Below are positions 48,194-58,361 of a DNA stretch of 64,000 bases, in pieces; position 1 is the first letter of the stretch, and each line of letters starts with the position of its first letter. This stretch comes from an uncultured bacterium (GTDB taxonomy: Bacteria; Patescibacteriota; Minisyncoccia; Phycocordibacterales; JAACPR01), in assembly GCA_937858275.1 (NCBI GenBank), contig CALLZK010000024.1, forward strand, positions 72,745 to 136,744, in the 5' to 3' direction. The position numbers were made by a program, and so were the translations under genes. The notes beneath the pieces were generated by a model. That model saw nothing but the letters and a program-made list of their open reading frames with translations. It made no database searches and was not told the origin of the DNA.

Positions 48194-48607
48194 TTATCTA
48201 ATTACTCTGTTATAAAGTTCTATTATTTCTCTACCTGTTGGAGTAGATTTTAAACCAAAAGCCGCAGCTATTAAATCAACAATCAAATAAGCCGATATTG
48301 CAAACAAAAAACCAAATAATATTTTTTTGAATACACCATGAGCTTTTGATATTTGGGAGGAATTGCCAGCAGCTGTCATATACAAAAATCCTGCCCAAGC
48401 AAAACCTATTGCCGACAGAACTAAACCGATATTTATTGCAAATTTTATTATATTGACCAATAGTGTTCCAACCGCATTCAAATCACATTTAGGTCCACCA
48501 TCAGCTCTTGGTCCGACACATGGGACTAGTCCCGCGAAAGACTGTAGAGGTATGAAAACGGTAAAACAAATTAAAAATATTTTGATTAGGTTTTTTCTGA
48601 AATTCAT
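48194..48607 (-). CDS. Pilin-like small membrane protein paralog 1
   Basis: Signal peptide ending SFA-GLV, a Cys pair (CVGPRADGGPKC), then two helices and the loop AAGNSSQISKAHG. Confidence 0.55.
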   Translation of the reverse strand: MNFRKNLIKIFLICFTVFIPLQSFAGLVPCVGPRADGGPKCDLNAVGTLLVNIIKFAINIGLVLSAIGFAWAGFLYMTAAGNSSQISKAHGVFKKILFGFLFAISAYLIVDLIAAAFGLKSTPTGREIIELYNRVIR

Positions 48608-48612
48608 ATTAT

Positions 48613-49926
48613 TTATTTTAACATATTTGAAATTTCTTGGTGAGCCCTTTGTACAGATCTGTTAACATCCAAATTTCCTACTAAAACAGATTCTATCATA
48701 CTTTTAAAAATATTACTTGTCTCAGAAACTCCCGGATCAAGAAAAGGAATAGAAAAAAGTGCGGATCGATTAAAAACTTCAGCATACGATAAGTTTTCTG
48801 TCGGAATAACAACATCTCTTCTGACGGTTGGAAGTCCGGTCAACTCTGATAATATTTTTATGTTTTGTGGTTCTATTAATTTTAAAACATTATTAAAAGA
48901 ACTGGATATTTTTGATGAATTTCTTGATATTGCAATTAAATTCATTTGTCCAAGAGTTTTGTTTATTTCAATATTATTTCCAAAAGCTTTTGATTGTGGT
49001 AAAACCGCAACATCAAAATTTAAGTTTGGATTTTTTTGCAAAATAATATCTCTTTCACTAGCATATCCAATATAAAAAACCAAATCACCGGACAGAAACA
49101 TTTGCTTGGAAGAAGGCATTGATCTATTCCAAGTATACACATCTCGTGTTGGATTAGAAAACTGCAAAAAGAAACTCAAAGCAGCATCAGCTGGTCGTGT
49201 AGAAAAATTAAAATGTTTATCCAAAACAGATTCAAACGTATTACTTGTTTGATCTAATGTAATTAAATTATTTCCAGCCTGTTGAATCATTGCAATTAAA
49301 ACTTCTTTTGCGTTGTCAATGTTTTGATATTCACCCAAAGCTATTACTGGTCTTGAAATATTTGCGGCGGTATCCCTTCTGACTAATCTTGGTATTATGG
49401 AAAAAAGATCATCCCAAAATCTTGGAGGAGATGAGATGCCGTCATTATTTAAAATTGTTCTATTCCAATACATAACCAAGGGATCTATGGTTAGTGGAAA
49501 TCCAATTATTCCATTGTTTCTAAGTAAGACCTCCGCTGATTCTATAAAACTATCTTTGTATTTTTTGTTAGTAAAAAACTTGTAATCAATAAGAAAAAGT
49601 TTATTTTGATGTTTTAAGGTCAAATCATCTGGAATGATTACAATGTCTGGACCAGTGCCAGCAGCCATGGCATCTATCCATCTTTTTTCAAATTCATCAG
49701 GTTCTATCTCTGTGTATTTAAAATTAACAGACTCCCTTTCTGCTTCGTTTATTCTCTTACTCCATTCGTTTACAATTTTTGATGGAATAATGCCCCAAAT
49801 TTCAACGGTTGATTTTGACTGACTTTCTTGTCCTCTTTGCAAAGCAAAAACCGCAACCGATCCAACAATAATAAAAATAGCGACACCCAAAGTTATTATT
49901 TGAAATGTAGACATTTTATCATTCAT
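48613..49926 (-). CDS. Extracellular solute-binding protein (ABC SBP family 1-like) with an N-terminal TM anchor; no cognate permease or ATPase adjacent
   Basis: VEIWGI...AAGTGPDIV...YWNRTIL...SSPPRFWDDL follows the SBP_bac_1 consensus. Confidence 0.7.
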   Translation of the reverse strand: MNDKMSTFQIITLGVAIFIIVGSVAVFALQRGQESQSKSTVEIWGIIPSKIVNEWSKRINEAERESVNFKYTEIEPDEFEKRWIDAMAAGTGPDIVIIPDDLTLKHQNKLFLIDYKFFTNKKYKDSFIESAEVLLRNNGIIGFPLTIDPLVMYWNRTILNNDGISSPPRFWDDLFSIIPRLVRRDTAANISRPVIALGEYQNIDNAKEVLIAMIQQAGNNLITLDQTSNTFESVLDKHFNFSTRPADAALSFFLQFSNPTRDVYTWNRSMPSSKQMFLSGDLVFYIGYASERDIILQKNPNLNFDVAVLPQSKAFGNNIEINKTLGQMNLIAISRNSSKISSSFNNVLKLIEPQNIKILSELTGLPTVRRDVVIPTENLSYAEVFNRSALFSIPFLDPGVSETSNIFKSMIESVLVGNLDVNRSVQRAHQEISNMLK

Positions 49927-50453
49927 AATGTTTTAAAAATTAATCCATAATGATGATCTCCGGCATTTATCTCTTTTTCAAAGACAAAATTAGCATTTTC
50001 AAACATAGTTCTGGCAACATCTGGTTTTATGACACTTCCCGGTGTTGGACCAAGGCCACCAAAAGAATCAGTCCAATCAATCAAAAGAATTTTTCCGGTT
50101 TTTCTCTTTAAAATACGATTGGCTTCGGTCAAAAAAGATTCTGGTTTTTCTATTTGAAATAAAACATTTGCAATTAAAACACGGTCAACAGAATGGTCTC
50201 TGATTTTTGTACCACCAATCTCGTCTAAATCACCCCATATGAATTTTATATTTTTCAATCCCCTATTTTCCGATTCTATTTTTAACTTATCCAATAATTC
50301 TTTTTGAACCTCTACAGCATATACTGAACCTGATGGACCAACAATTTCTGACAAAAGCATAGTGTAAAATCCAACACCAGAACCAAGATCTGCAACAGAC
50401 ATTCCTGGGTCTATATGAAATTGTTGTAAATTTGTAATTGGATCTGAAAACAT
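49923..50453 (-). CDS. Class I SAM-dependent methyltransferase
   Basis: Motif I VADLGSGVGFYT plus acidic post-I and motif II regions. Confidence 0.75.
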   Translation of the reverse strand: MFSDPITNLQQFHIDPGMSVADLGSGVGFYTMLLSEIVGPSGSVYAVEVQKELLDKLKIESENRGLKNIKFIWGDLDEIGGTKIRDHSVDRVLIANVLFQIEKPESFLTEANRILKRKTGKILLIDWTDSFGGLGPTPGSVIKPDVARTMFENANFVFEKEINAGDHHYGLIFKTL

Positions 50454-50540
50454 TATTTATTAATTATACAATACAAAGAATATAAAACCAAAATACTGTT
50501 TGGGGAAAAGTCTAATTAGTTTTTTTATTTTAAATTAAAC

Positions 50541-53021
50541 TTAAAAAGTAATTAACGATGCAATATGGTCACCATCTTTTAATTTCATAACTCTAACACC
50601 CTGTGTTTGCCTACCAAGTATAGGTATTTCGTCTATATCTATTCTAATAACTTGTCCTTTTTCAGACATTGCAACAACCTCATCAGTTTCTTCTGTGACA
50701 ACTGCTGCGGAAATTATTTTACCTATTTTATCTGTAACTTTTGCAGTTTTTATTCCAGAACCGCCTCTTTTTTGAACCTTATACTCATCAAGCGGTGTTT
50801 GCTTACCAAATCCATTTGAAGAAAAAACTAAAAGATTGTTATTTTTGTACTCTTTTTTGATAGTTAAAGTGCAGACGACTCTATCTTTTGAATTTATATT
50901 TATTCCCCTAACCCCAGATGCGCCACGACCCATTTCACGAATGTCAGATTCTTTGAACCTGATAGATTGGCCCTGATTTGTGACAACAACAACATCATCT
51001 CCTTTTGTGACAAAATGAGCGGAAATTAGTTTGTCAGAATCTTTCAATTTTATAGCAATAATTCCATTTTTTCTGACATCGTGAAAACTTTCCGCATCTA
51101 CTTTTTTGATAACACCATTTTCGGTCATCATCATCACAGACATTCCGTCTGTTTTTTTCAATTCTTTGGGCATTGCCAAAACAGAAGTAATTAATTCATC
51201 AGAACTAATGGATAAAAAGTTGGCAATAGATTTTCCTTTTGTAGCCCTTTTACCCTCGGGAATTTCATACATTTTTATTTGATAGACTTTTCCTTTGTTT
51301 GTAAAAAATAACAAATCGCTATGTGTCGTGGTGTACACTAATCTTTTTACAAAATCTTCTTCTTTTGTATCAAGATCTATAACACCAACACCACCTCTTC
51401 TTTGTTTTTTGTATTCATCTGGATTAGTTCTTTTTATATAACCACCATTTGTCAAAACAAGAACACTTTCTTCATCTGGAACAATATCTTCTATGGAAAT
51501 ATTTTTTACACCACCAGAAATTATTTTTGTTTTTCTATCGTCAGAATATTTATTTCTCACATCTGTCAATTCTTTCTTTATTAAATTTCTCATCTTTGTA
51601 TTGCTTTTTAGCAAATCTTCCAATTCTGAAATAAGTTTTTGAACTTGCAATAACTCGTCTTCTATTTTCTTTCTTTCAAGACCAGCCAGCTTTTGTAATT
51701 TCATTTCCAAAATTGCCGTCGCCTGAATTTCGCTAAATTTGAATCCCTTCATCAAATTAAGATGAGCAGTTGGTGTATCTTTTGAGGCTTTTATAATTTT
51801 TATTATTTCATCAATATGATCTAATGCTTTTTTAAGCCCAATCAAAATATGTTCTCTAGCTTTCGCTTTTGCCAAATCAAATTTTGTTCTTCTGGTAACA
51901 ACTTCAAAACGATGTTTTACAAATTGTTCTAAAATTGATTTTAGACCAAGAGTTTGGGGAACCCCATCAACTAATGCCACCATATTATAATGAAAAGCTT
52001 CTTCTAATTGGGTGTGTTTGTAAATATAATTTAAAATATTTTGAGGATGAGCACTTGATTTTATATCAATAACTATTCTTATTTCATCAGTTGACTCATC
52101 TCTTAGACCTTTTATACCTTCTATTTTTTTCTCTGAGTGTAATTCGGCAATTTTTGAGATTAAATCAGATTTGTTAACTCTGTATGGTATTGATGTTATT
52201 ACTATTTGACTAGAGCCAGATTTGTCTTCGACAATTTCTGCTTCTCCTCTAGTTATAACACCACCTCGACCAGAGGCATATGCTGTATATATGCTTTTTT
52301 TATCAAAAGCCAATCCGCCAGTTGGAAAATCTGGACCCTTAACAAATTGCATTAAATCTTCCGTGGTGGCTTTTGGATTTTCTAAAATACAAATTGTGGC
52401 ATCTATTATTTCTCCTAAATTATGCGGTGGTATGTTTGAAGCCATTCCAACAGCAATACCAAGTGTTCCATTCAAAAGTAAGTTTGGAACATTAGAAGGA
52501 AGAACAACTGGTTCTTTTTTTGTTGAATCAAAATTTGGTCTAAAATCAACTGTGTCTTTTTCCAAATCTGTCAGAAGTTCTTCTGATAATTTACTCATTT
52601 TTGCCTCAGTATAACGATATGCAGCAGGCGGATCACCGTCAACAGAACCGAAGTTTCCTTGTCCCAAAACAAGTGGATATCTAATAGAAAATGTTTGAGC
52701 CAATTTTACCATAGCATCATAAACAGAAGCATCTCCATGAGGATGATAATTACCGATAACATCTCCAACTACTGTAGCTGATTTTTTGAATTTTGCAGAC
52801 GATGTTAAATTCATTTTGTTCATTGAAAACAAGATTCTACGATGAACTGGTTTTAGACCATCTCTAACATCCGGCAAAGCTCTTGCCGTTATAACAGACA
52901 TGGCATAATCAAGATATGATTTTCGCATCTCATCACTGATTGGTGACTCGATTATTTGTCCGACCAACTTTGGCTCTTCTTGTTGATTATTTTTATTTTT
53001 ATCTAAATCGTTTTTTTTCAT
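50541..53021 (-). CDS. gyrA: DNA gyrase subunit A
   Basis: [29 protein letters not shown] with the active-site Tyr region, and C-terminal beta-pinwheel repeats. Confidence 0.97.
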   Translation of the reverse strand: MKKNDLDKNKNNQQEEPKLVGQIIESPISDEMRKSYLDYAMSVITARALPDVRDGLKPVHRRILFSMNKMNLTSSAKFKKSATVVGDVIGNYHPHGDASVYDAMVKLAQTFSIRYPLVLGQGNFGSVDGDPPAAYRYTEAKMSKLSEELLTDLEKDTVDFRPNFDSTKKEPVVLPSNVPNLLLNGTLGIAVGMASNIPPHNLGEIIDATICILENPKATTEDLMQFVKGPDFPTGGLAFDKKSIYTAYASGRGGVITRGEAEIVEDKSGSSQIVITSIPYRVNKSDLISKIAELHSEKKIEGIKGLRDESTDEIRIVIDIKSSAHPQNILNYIYKHTQLEEAFHYNMVALVDGVPQTLGLKSILEQFVKHRFEVVTRRTKFDLAKAKAREHILIGLKKALDHIDEIIKIIKASKDTPTAHLNLMKGFKFSEIQATAILEMKLQKLAGLERKKIEDELLQVQKLISELEDLLKSNTKMRNLIKKELTDVRNKYSDDRKTKIISGGVKNISIEDIVPDEESVLVLTNGGYIKRTNPDEYKKQRRGGVGVIDLDTKEEDFVKRLVYTTTHSDLLFFTNKGKVYQIKMYEIPEGKRATKGKSIANFLSISSDELITSVLAMPKELKKTDGMSVMMMTENGVIKKVDAESFHDVRKNGIIAIKLKDSDKLISAHFVTKGDDVVVVTNQGQSIRFKESDIREMGRGASGVRGININSKDRVVCTLTIKKEYKNNNLLVFSSNGFGKQTPLDEYKVQKRGGSGIKTAKVTDKIGKIISAAVVTEETDEVVAMSEKGQVIRIDIDEIPILGRQTQGVRVMKLKDGDHIASLITF

Positions 53022-53036
53022 ATTTTTTAAATTTTA

Positions 53037-53252
53037 TTAAAATGCATTTTTTACGGTATTAATCATTGCTGGAAATGGTGAATTTTCTTGCGACACATCA
53101 GAAATTTCTTTTACAGAATTACTAAAATTTGTAAAAAACCAAAAAATAAATATTATAATTGTGAGAATTATTGCCAAATTAAAAGAAATTATATTCTTTT
53201 GGGTATCACTTTTATTTTTTCTTATATATTCTAAATAATTTAGAAATCCCAT
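53037..53252 (-). CDS. Small hypothetical membrane protein (71 aa)
   Basis: ORF with one hydrophobic segment immediately upstream of gyrA. No other support. Confidence 0.3.
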   Translation of the reverse strand: MGFLNYLEYIRKNKSDTQKNIISFNLAIILTIIIFIFWFFTNFSNSVKEISDVSQENSPFPAMINTVKNAF

Positions 53253-53257
53253 AAAAT

Positions 53258-53887
53258 TTATTTTAAAATTACTATGTCGCTCTCTTTGCCCTCTAAATCC
53301 TTTTTCTTTATAACTAATTTTTCAACAGGTTTTATACCATCTTCTCCAGCTTCTTTCAAAAATCTTTTTAGGGAATCTTTTTGTCCGACCTGTCCGTAAT
53401 GAATTGGTATAATAATTCCCGGCTCTCTTTTTGCAGCAAAATCATATGCTTCTTCTGCTTCCAAAACTCCATCACCACCAATCGGCACAAAAATAATATC
53501 AACTTCCCCTATTTCTTCTTTTATTTCATTTGGAATATTTGTATCAGAAATAGCACCAGTAAATAAAATATTTATTCCTTCAACATTTAAGGAATATACC
53601 GTATTAATTTTTTCTTTTCCGCCATAATTTGTTTTTGTGGGAAAGCCTCTTATAAAAAATCCTTTGACTTCGTATTCTCCGGGACCGTCTATAACAACTG
53701 GTGTTTGATCATTTCTGGTTGCGGTCTCTACACCATTTAAATCTGGATGATTTGTCGTAATTAACACAATATCAGAACCAAAACTGGTACTAGAAAAATT
53801 GGATTTTTTTGAAGGTGGATTTATGGCAACAGTAATATTGCCTTGATTTATTTTGACAGTTTGAATATTGTCGTAAGTTATAATCAT
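53258..53887 (-). CDS. Metallo-beta-lactamase-fold hydrolase (UPF0173-like)
   Basis: SDIVLITTNHPDLNG resembles the HxHxDH region of MBL-fold proteins. Confidence 0.6.
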   Translation of the reverse strand: MIITYDNIQTVKINQGNITVAINPPSKKSNFSSTSFGSDIVLITTNHPDLNGVETATRNDQTPVVIDGPGEYEVKGFFIRGFPTKTNYGGKEKINTVYSLNVEGINILFTGAISDTNIPNEIKEEIGEVDIIFVPIGGDGVLEAEEAYDFAAKREPGIIIPIHYGQVGQKDSLKRFLKEAGEDGIKPVEKLVIKKKDLEGKESDIVILK

Positions 53888-53986
53888 ATAGAAAAGTATT
53901 ATATCAAACTTATTTTTTTAATGCTATTTACTTTTATTAAAAAATATGTTTATAATTTTGTGTTCATTGATTATTATTAACACTAA

Positions 53987-54071
53987 AAAATTTCAGTAAC
54001 CCTGTCGGCAAAAACCGCATGTATAGAAAAAGTAAGTAAAGAACCGACAAACCTGAAATTTTTTCATAAAA
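53987..54071 (+). promoter_or_regulatory. Extended imperfect hairpin in the rpsA 5' leader that occludes the translation start region
   Basis: A perfect 12-bp inverted repeat AAAAAATTTCAG/CTGAAATTTTTT plus an inner 6-bp TGTCGG/CCGACA. The right arm ends 10 nt before the ATG and no Shine-Dalgarno is present. Confidence 0.45.
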
Positions 54072-55175
54072 ATGAAAAAAATAGAAAAAAGTAATAAAGA
54101 AGAGGTTGTTTCAGAATTTATAAGTAATTTACCCAACCCCCCAATGGTAGGAGATGTTGTTGAGGGACCAATAGTTGCCATAGACAAGGCTTCTGTTTAT
54201 ATAGATCTTCACCCTTTTGGAACTGGAATTATAATGGGTAGAGAATATATAATTGCCAGAGATTTAATTAGAAAAATTCATGTTGGAGATATTGTTAGTG
54301 CGAAAGTTTCTGATTTAAAAAATGATGACGGCTATATAGAATTATCTCTGAAAGAAGCAAAACAAGCTTTGATTTGGAACGAGGTAGAAAAAGCAATCAA
54401 AGAAAAAACAACTTTAGAATTAGTTGTGCAAGATGCCAATAAGGGAGGTTTGCTTATGAGTTGGCAAGGTGTTCAGGGTTTTCTACCAGCATCTCAATTG
54501 AGACCAGAAAATTATCCAAGAGTAATGGATGGTGATAAGGTGAAAATTCTTGAAGAACTTAAAAAATTAATTGGGCAAAAATTAGATGTAATAATTATTG
54601 GTGCCACATCAAACGATGGAAAATTAATCTTCTCTGAGAAAGGTTCTTCTACAGAAAAATCTCCAGAACACAAAATTGGTGAAATAAAACAAGAAAATAA
54701 ATATAAAGTTGGAGATATATTAGAAGGAGAAGTCACTGGAATAGTAGATTTTGGTATTTTTGTTAAAATCTCAAATGAAACAGAAGGATTGGTACATATT
54801 TCAGAAATAGACTGGTCACTAGTTGAAAATCCAAGAACACATGTAAATGTTGGGGATCAAATAAAAGTAAAAATTATAGAAATAAAAGATGGAAAAATAT
54901 CTCTATCAATCAAGGCACTCAAAGAAAATCCTTGGGTTGAAGCTGGAAGAAAATACAAAAAAGGCATGGTTGTCAAAGGAATAATAATAAAACACAACAA
55001 ACACGGTGCTTTGGCGTCAATTGAAGAAGGAGTTGCGGGACTTGTCCACATTTCAGAATTTAAAGATATTGCCGAACTTAGAGAAAAACTAGAATTAGGA
55101 AAAGTTTATGATTTCAAAATAACTTTATTTGAAGCAAAAGAACAAAAAATGACACTTTCAAATAAATTAGATTAA
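54072..55175 (+). CDS. rpsA: 30S ribosomal protein S1, short four-S1-domain form
   Basis: Repeated S1 motifs: GDVVEGPIVAI, GDIVSAKVSD, GDILEGEVTGIVDFGIFVKI, GMVVKGIIIKHNKHGALASI. Confidence 0.85.
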   Translation: MKKIEKSNKEEVVSEFISNLPNPPMVGDVVEGPIVAIDKASVYIDLHPFGTGIIMGREYIIARDLIRKIHVGDIVSAKVSDLKNDDGYIELSLKEAKQALIWNEVEKAIKEKTTLELVVQDANKGGLLMSWQGVQGFLPASQLRPENYPRVMDGDKVKILEELKKLIGQKLDVIIIGATSNDGKLIFSEKGSSTEKSPEHKIGEIKQENKYKVGDILEGEVTGIVDFGIFVKISNETEGLVHISEIDWSLVENPRTHVNVGDQIKVKIIEIKDGKISLSIKALKENPWVEAGRKYKKGMVVKGIIIKHNKHGALASIEEGVAGLVHISEFKDIAELREKLELGKVYDFKITLFEAKEQKMTLSNKLD

Positions 55176-55759
55176 TTAAATTTATTCATCGCAATCATAT
55201 ATCCGTCCAAAACAATCGACTCGACTGAGTCGATTGTTTTTTTGATGATCTTTTTCATATCGACAGATTCTTTTTTATTAAAATTACCCAAAACATGATT
55301 TACAACTTCTTTTGATCCTGTGGGTTTTTTTATTTTACCAGAAGGTGTTGTTGGAGAAATTCCGATTTTTATTCTAATAAAATCAATGGTTTTTATAGAT
55401 TTGATAATTGATTCAATACCCAAATGACCGCCGCTTTTTTTACCAAAAACTATTTTTTGAGCTCCAAAACCCATATCAAGATCATCGTGTATTACAACCG
55501 TGTTTAGTGCTTTATTTTTATTATCAATAATTTTTTTTAAAGAAATACCCGATCTGTTCATATAAGCATCTGGCAAAATTAAAGTAACTTTTTGTTTTTC
55601 AATTTTTCCAACAGAAATCAAGGCATTAATTTTTTTTTCATATTGAAAATCTTCAAAAGAAAATTTTTTAGCAATTTGAAAAACTATGTCTCTTCCAATA
55701 TTATGCCTTGTGCCAATATATTTTTCTTCGGGATTCCCCAAACCGACTATGTATTTCAT
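55172..55759 (-). CDS. pth: Peptidyl-tRNA hydrolase
   Basis: MKYIVGLGNPEEKYIGTRHNIG with the catalytic His. Confidence 0.9.
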   Translation of the reverse strand: MKYIVGLGNPEEKYIGTRHNIGRDIVFQIAKKFSFEDFQYEKKINALISVGKIEKQKVTLILPDAYMNRSGISLKKIIDNKNKALNTVVIHDDLDMGFGAQKIVFGKKSGGHLGIESIIKSIKTIDFIRIKIGISPTTPSGKIKKPTGSKEVVNHVLGNFNKKESVDMKKIIKKTIDSVESIVLDGYMIAMNKFN

Positions 55760-55825
55760 ATTCTTTTAATTATGAATTTTAAAATGACTTGTGTCAAATC
55801 AAAAACTAGATTAAAATAGAAAAAC

Positions 55826-56380
55826 ATGTTTAGTGTAAAAGATATAAAAGAAACCGCACTATTTATTTTGGTGACAATAATTGTCGTTTTACCAATAAGA
55901 ATTTTTGTGGCTCAACCGTTTGTTGTCAGCGGAACATCAATGTATCCAACTTTTGATACGGGACATTATCTTATAGTTGATCAGATTACATACAAATTCT
56001 CTTCCCCAAAAAGAGGAGATGTTGTGGTTTTCAAATACCCAGAAGACACAAGTAAGTATTTTATAAAAAGAATTATAGGATTGCCTGGCGAAACGGTTGA
56101 AATAAAAGATAATGTGGTCAAAATAATAAAAGAAAATGACGGAAATGTAATAGAACAATATCTGGAAGAGCCATATGTAAAATTACAATCAAATAACATT
56201 TCTTTTTTAAAACTAAATGATAATGAATATTTTGTAATGGGAGACAATAGATCGGCCAGTTTGGATTCTAGATTTTGGGGCCCTTTAGATAAAGAATTTA
56301 TAAAAGGTAGAGCACTTATCAGAATTACACCGGTTAAAAAAATTGGCATTTTACCAGGAGATGTGAATTTTAATTTTTAA
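55826..56380 (+). CDS. lepB: Signal peptidase I
   Basis: Catalytic-Ser box VSGTSMYPT, Lys box KRIIGLPGE, and GDNRSASLDSRFWG. Confidence 0.9.
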   Translation: MFSVKDIKETALFILVTIIVVLPIRIFVAQPFVVSGTSMYPTFDTGHYLIVDQITYKFSSPKRGDVVVFKYPEDTSKYFIKRIIGLPGETVEIKDNVVKIIKENDGNVIEQYLEEPYVKLQSNNISFLKLNDNEYFVMGDNRSASLDSRFWGPLDKEFIKGRALIRITPVKKIGILPGDVNFNF

Positions 56381-56390
56381 TAAATAAATT

Positions 56391-57563
56391 ATGAAAAAAA
56401 CAAATAAACAAGAAGGAAATAATATTTTAAAGTCAGAATTAATTGCTAAATATTTTGGTTTTATAAAAACACAACCAGAAGAAGTCACAAAAGAAGATGA
56501 AAAAGTCACAAGTGCAATAAGTCGACAAAAAAATTATATTTCTGAAAATTTACCATCAATTTCTGAAATGTATGCCCTGCTTAGAAGATATAAAGATGAC
56601 AAAGAAAAAGAAATGGTTGAGCCAGATGTTATTTATTATGAGGGATCAGCATCAGGAAAACATCCAAAACATAGAAAAAAAAGTGGCGAGGAATTGATAA
56701 ATTTACAAATTATAAATGTTAATGGCAGTATTGCAGAGGCGGTTATAATTCAAACCATAAAAACAATTTTAGCAGAACATGGTATAAAAAACATAATTGT
56801 AAAATTAAATGATATTGGCGACAGAGACTGTTTAAATGCATATTATAGAGAAGCTACGAATTACTACAGAAAAAACATAAACGAATTAAATAATCATTGC
56901 CGTCAATTATTTAAGGAGGGTGTTCACGAACTTGTAACAAGAGGTAAAAATCAATGTACAACAATTCATGAAAATGCCCCAAAACCGATGGATTTTTTGG
57001 ATGAGGAATCAAGAAAAAGATTCAGTGAGGTTTTGGAATTTTTAGAAACATTAGATATACAATACGAAGTTGATCATTCCATACTTGGTGATCCGAATTA
57101 TTCAACACATACAGTTTTTGAAGTAATGGACAAAGAAACTGAACGAATTTTTTCTTCCGGGGGTCGATATGATTCTTTGGCTAGAAAAAGTGGTTTGAGA
57201 AAAGACATACCATCTGTTGGTGCTCTTTTAAATTTACCAAATCCACAAGTGGTTTCATCAAAAATAATCAAAAAATTTGATAAAGCAAATTTCTTTTTCC
57301 TACAAATTGGATATATGGCAAAATTAAAATCTCTTCTTGTTATAGAAGAGTTTAGAAACAAAAATATTCCAGTTATACACAAATTATATCGTGACAGATT
57401 AAGTAGTCAGATATCTTCCGCAAAAAAATCTAGTTCTGAACATTTTATAATAATGGGACAGAAAGAAGCACTTGCCGACGAATTGATTGTTAGGGATAGA
57501 GAAAGCAAATCTCAAAAAATAGTTAAGTTCAAAGACTTATTTGAATATATAAAATCTTTATAA
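56391..57563 (+). CDS. Histidyl-tRNA synthetase-like paralog with a degenerate class II catalytic core and an intact anticodon-binding-like C-terminus (HisZ-like)
   Basis: HisRS motif-3-like SSGGRYDSLA and a class IIa anticodon-binding-domain-like tail (IIMGQKEALADELIVRDRES). Motif 2 (the FRxE / RxxxGRxREF pattern) is not recognisable. Confidence 0.6.
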   Translation: MKKTNKQEGNNILKSELIAKYFGFIKTQPEEVTKEDEKVTSAISRQKNYISENLPSISEMYALLRRYKDDKEKEMVEPDVIYYEGSASGKHPKHRKKSGEELINLQIINVNGSIAEAVIIQTIKTILAEHGIKNIIVKLNDIGDRDCLNAYYREATNYYRKNINELNNHCRQLFKEGVHELVTRGKNQCTTIHENAPKPMDFLDEESRKRFSEVLEFLETLDIQYEVDHSILGDPNYSTHTVFEVMDKETERIFSSGGRYDSLARKSGLRKDIPSVGALLNLPNPQVVSSKIIKKFDKANFFFLQIGYMAKLKSLLVIEEFRNKNIPVIHKLYRDRLSSQISSAKKSSSEHFIIMGQKEALADELIVRDRESKSQKIVKFKDLFEYIKSL

Positions 57564-57641
57564 ATTCAGAATACGGCAAAAACTCACAATAATCCTAAAA
57601 AATTTGCCAGTTTTAACACAATATGATAATGTACTGACAAT

Positions 57642-57887
57642 ATGGCCACAAATGTAGAATTAACAAAAAATAAAAACGAAAATAATTTAAATTTACTAAA
57701 AAGATTTGGTAGAAAAGTTCAAGAATCTGGGGTTTTACAATACAAAAGAAATATTAGATATGCAGAAAGACCAATGTCTGATTATGTCAAAAAGAAGAAA
57801 AAACTAAAATCTTTAACAAAAAAGAAAGAAATAGAAAAATTAGTAAAATTAGGAAAACTAAACATAAAATCAAAAAAGGGTAAATAA
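57642..57887 (+). CDS. rpsU: 30S ribosomal protein S21
   Basis: LLKRFGRKVQESGVLQYKRNIRYAERPMSDYVKKKK parallels the S21 consensus. Confidence 0.75.
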   Translation: MATNVELTKNKNENNLNLLKRFGRKVQESGVLQYKRNIRYAERPMSDYVKKKKKLKSLTKKKEIEKLVKLGKLNIKSKKGK

Positions 57888-57894
57888 TTTGTAA

Positions 57895-58275
57895 ATGTTT
57901 GAAATATCTAATCAGAGCAATATAAAAGCTCCATCAAACTTTTCGAAATATAAAGAAATAAAAGAAATGGTGCTGGGAAAATCATTTGATTTATCAGTTT
58001 GTTTTATTGATCCAAAAAAATCAAAAAAAATAAATAAAGATTTGAGGAAAAAAAACAAACCAGCAAATGTTTTGAGTTTTTGTCTGGACAAAAATTCTGG
58101 AGAAGTTTTGATAAATTTGGATACAAAAAAAGAGGCTCGGAAATTTAATATGTCTCACAAAAAATATATTGCATTTCTTTTAATACACGGATGTCTTCAC
58201 ATAAAAGGTTTTGATCATGGCGAAAAAATGGATTTGGAAGAAAAAAAATTTTTAAAAAAAATCAAAAACCTATAA
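57895..58275 (+). CDS. ybeY: Endoribonuclease YbeY
   Basis: Zn-binding motif HGCLHIKGFDHGE. Sits upstream of ftsA as part of the conserved neighbourhood. Confidence 0.85.
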   Translation: MFEISNQSNIKAPSNFSKYKEIKEMVLGKSFDLSVCFIDPKKSKKINKDLRKKNKPANVLSFCLDKNSGEVLINLDTKKEARKFNMSHKKYIAFLLIHGCLHIKGFDHGEKMDLEEKKFLKKIKNL

Positions 58276-58361
58276 AACAAGTTGAGCAAAAAATTCTAGG
58301 CAGAAGTTATACACATGCAAATTTATATTTTTTAATGTAAAATACAGTTTATAATATTAAT

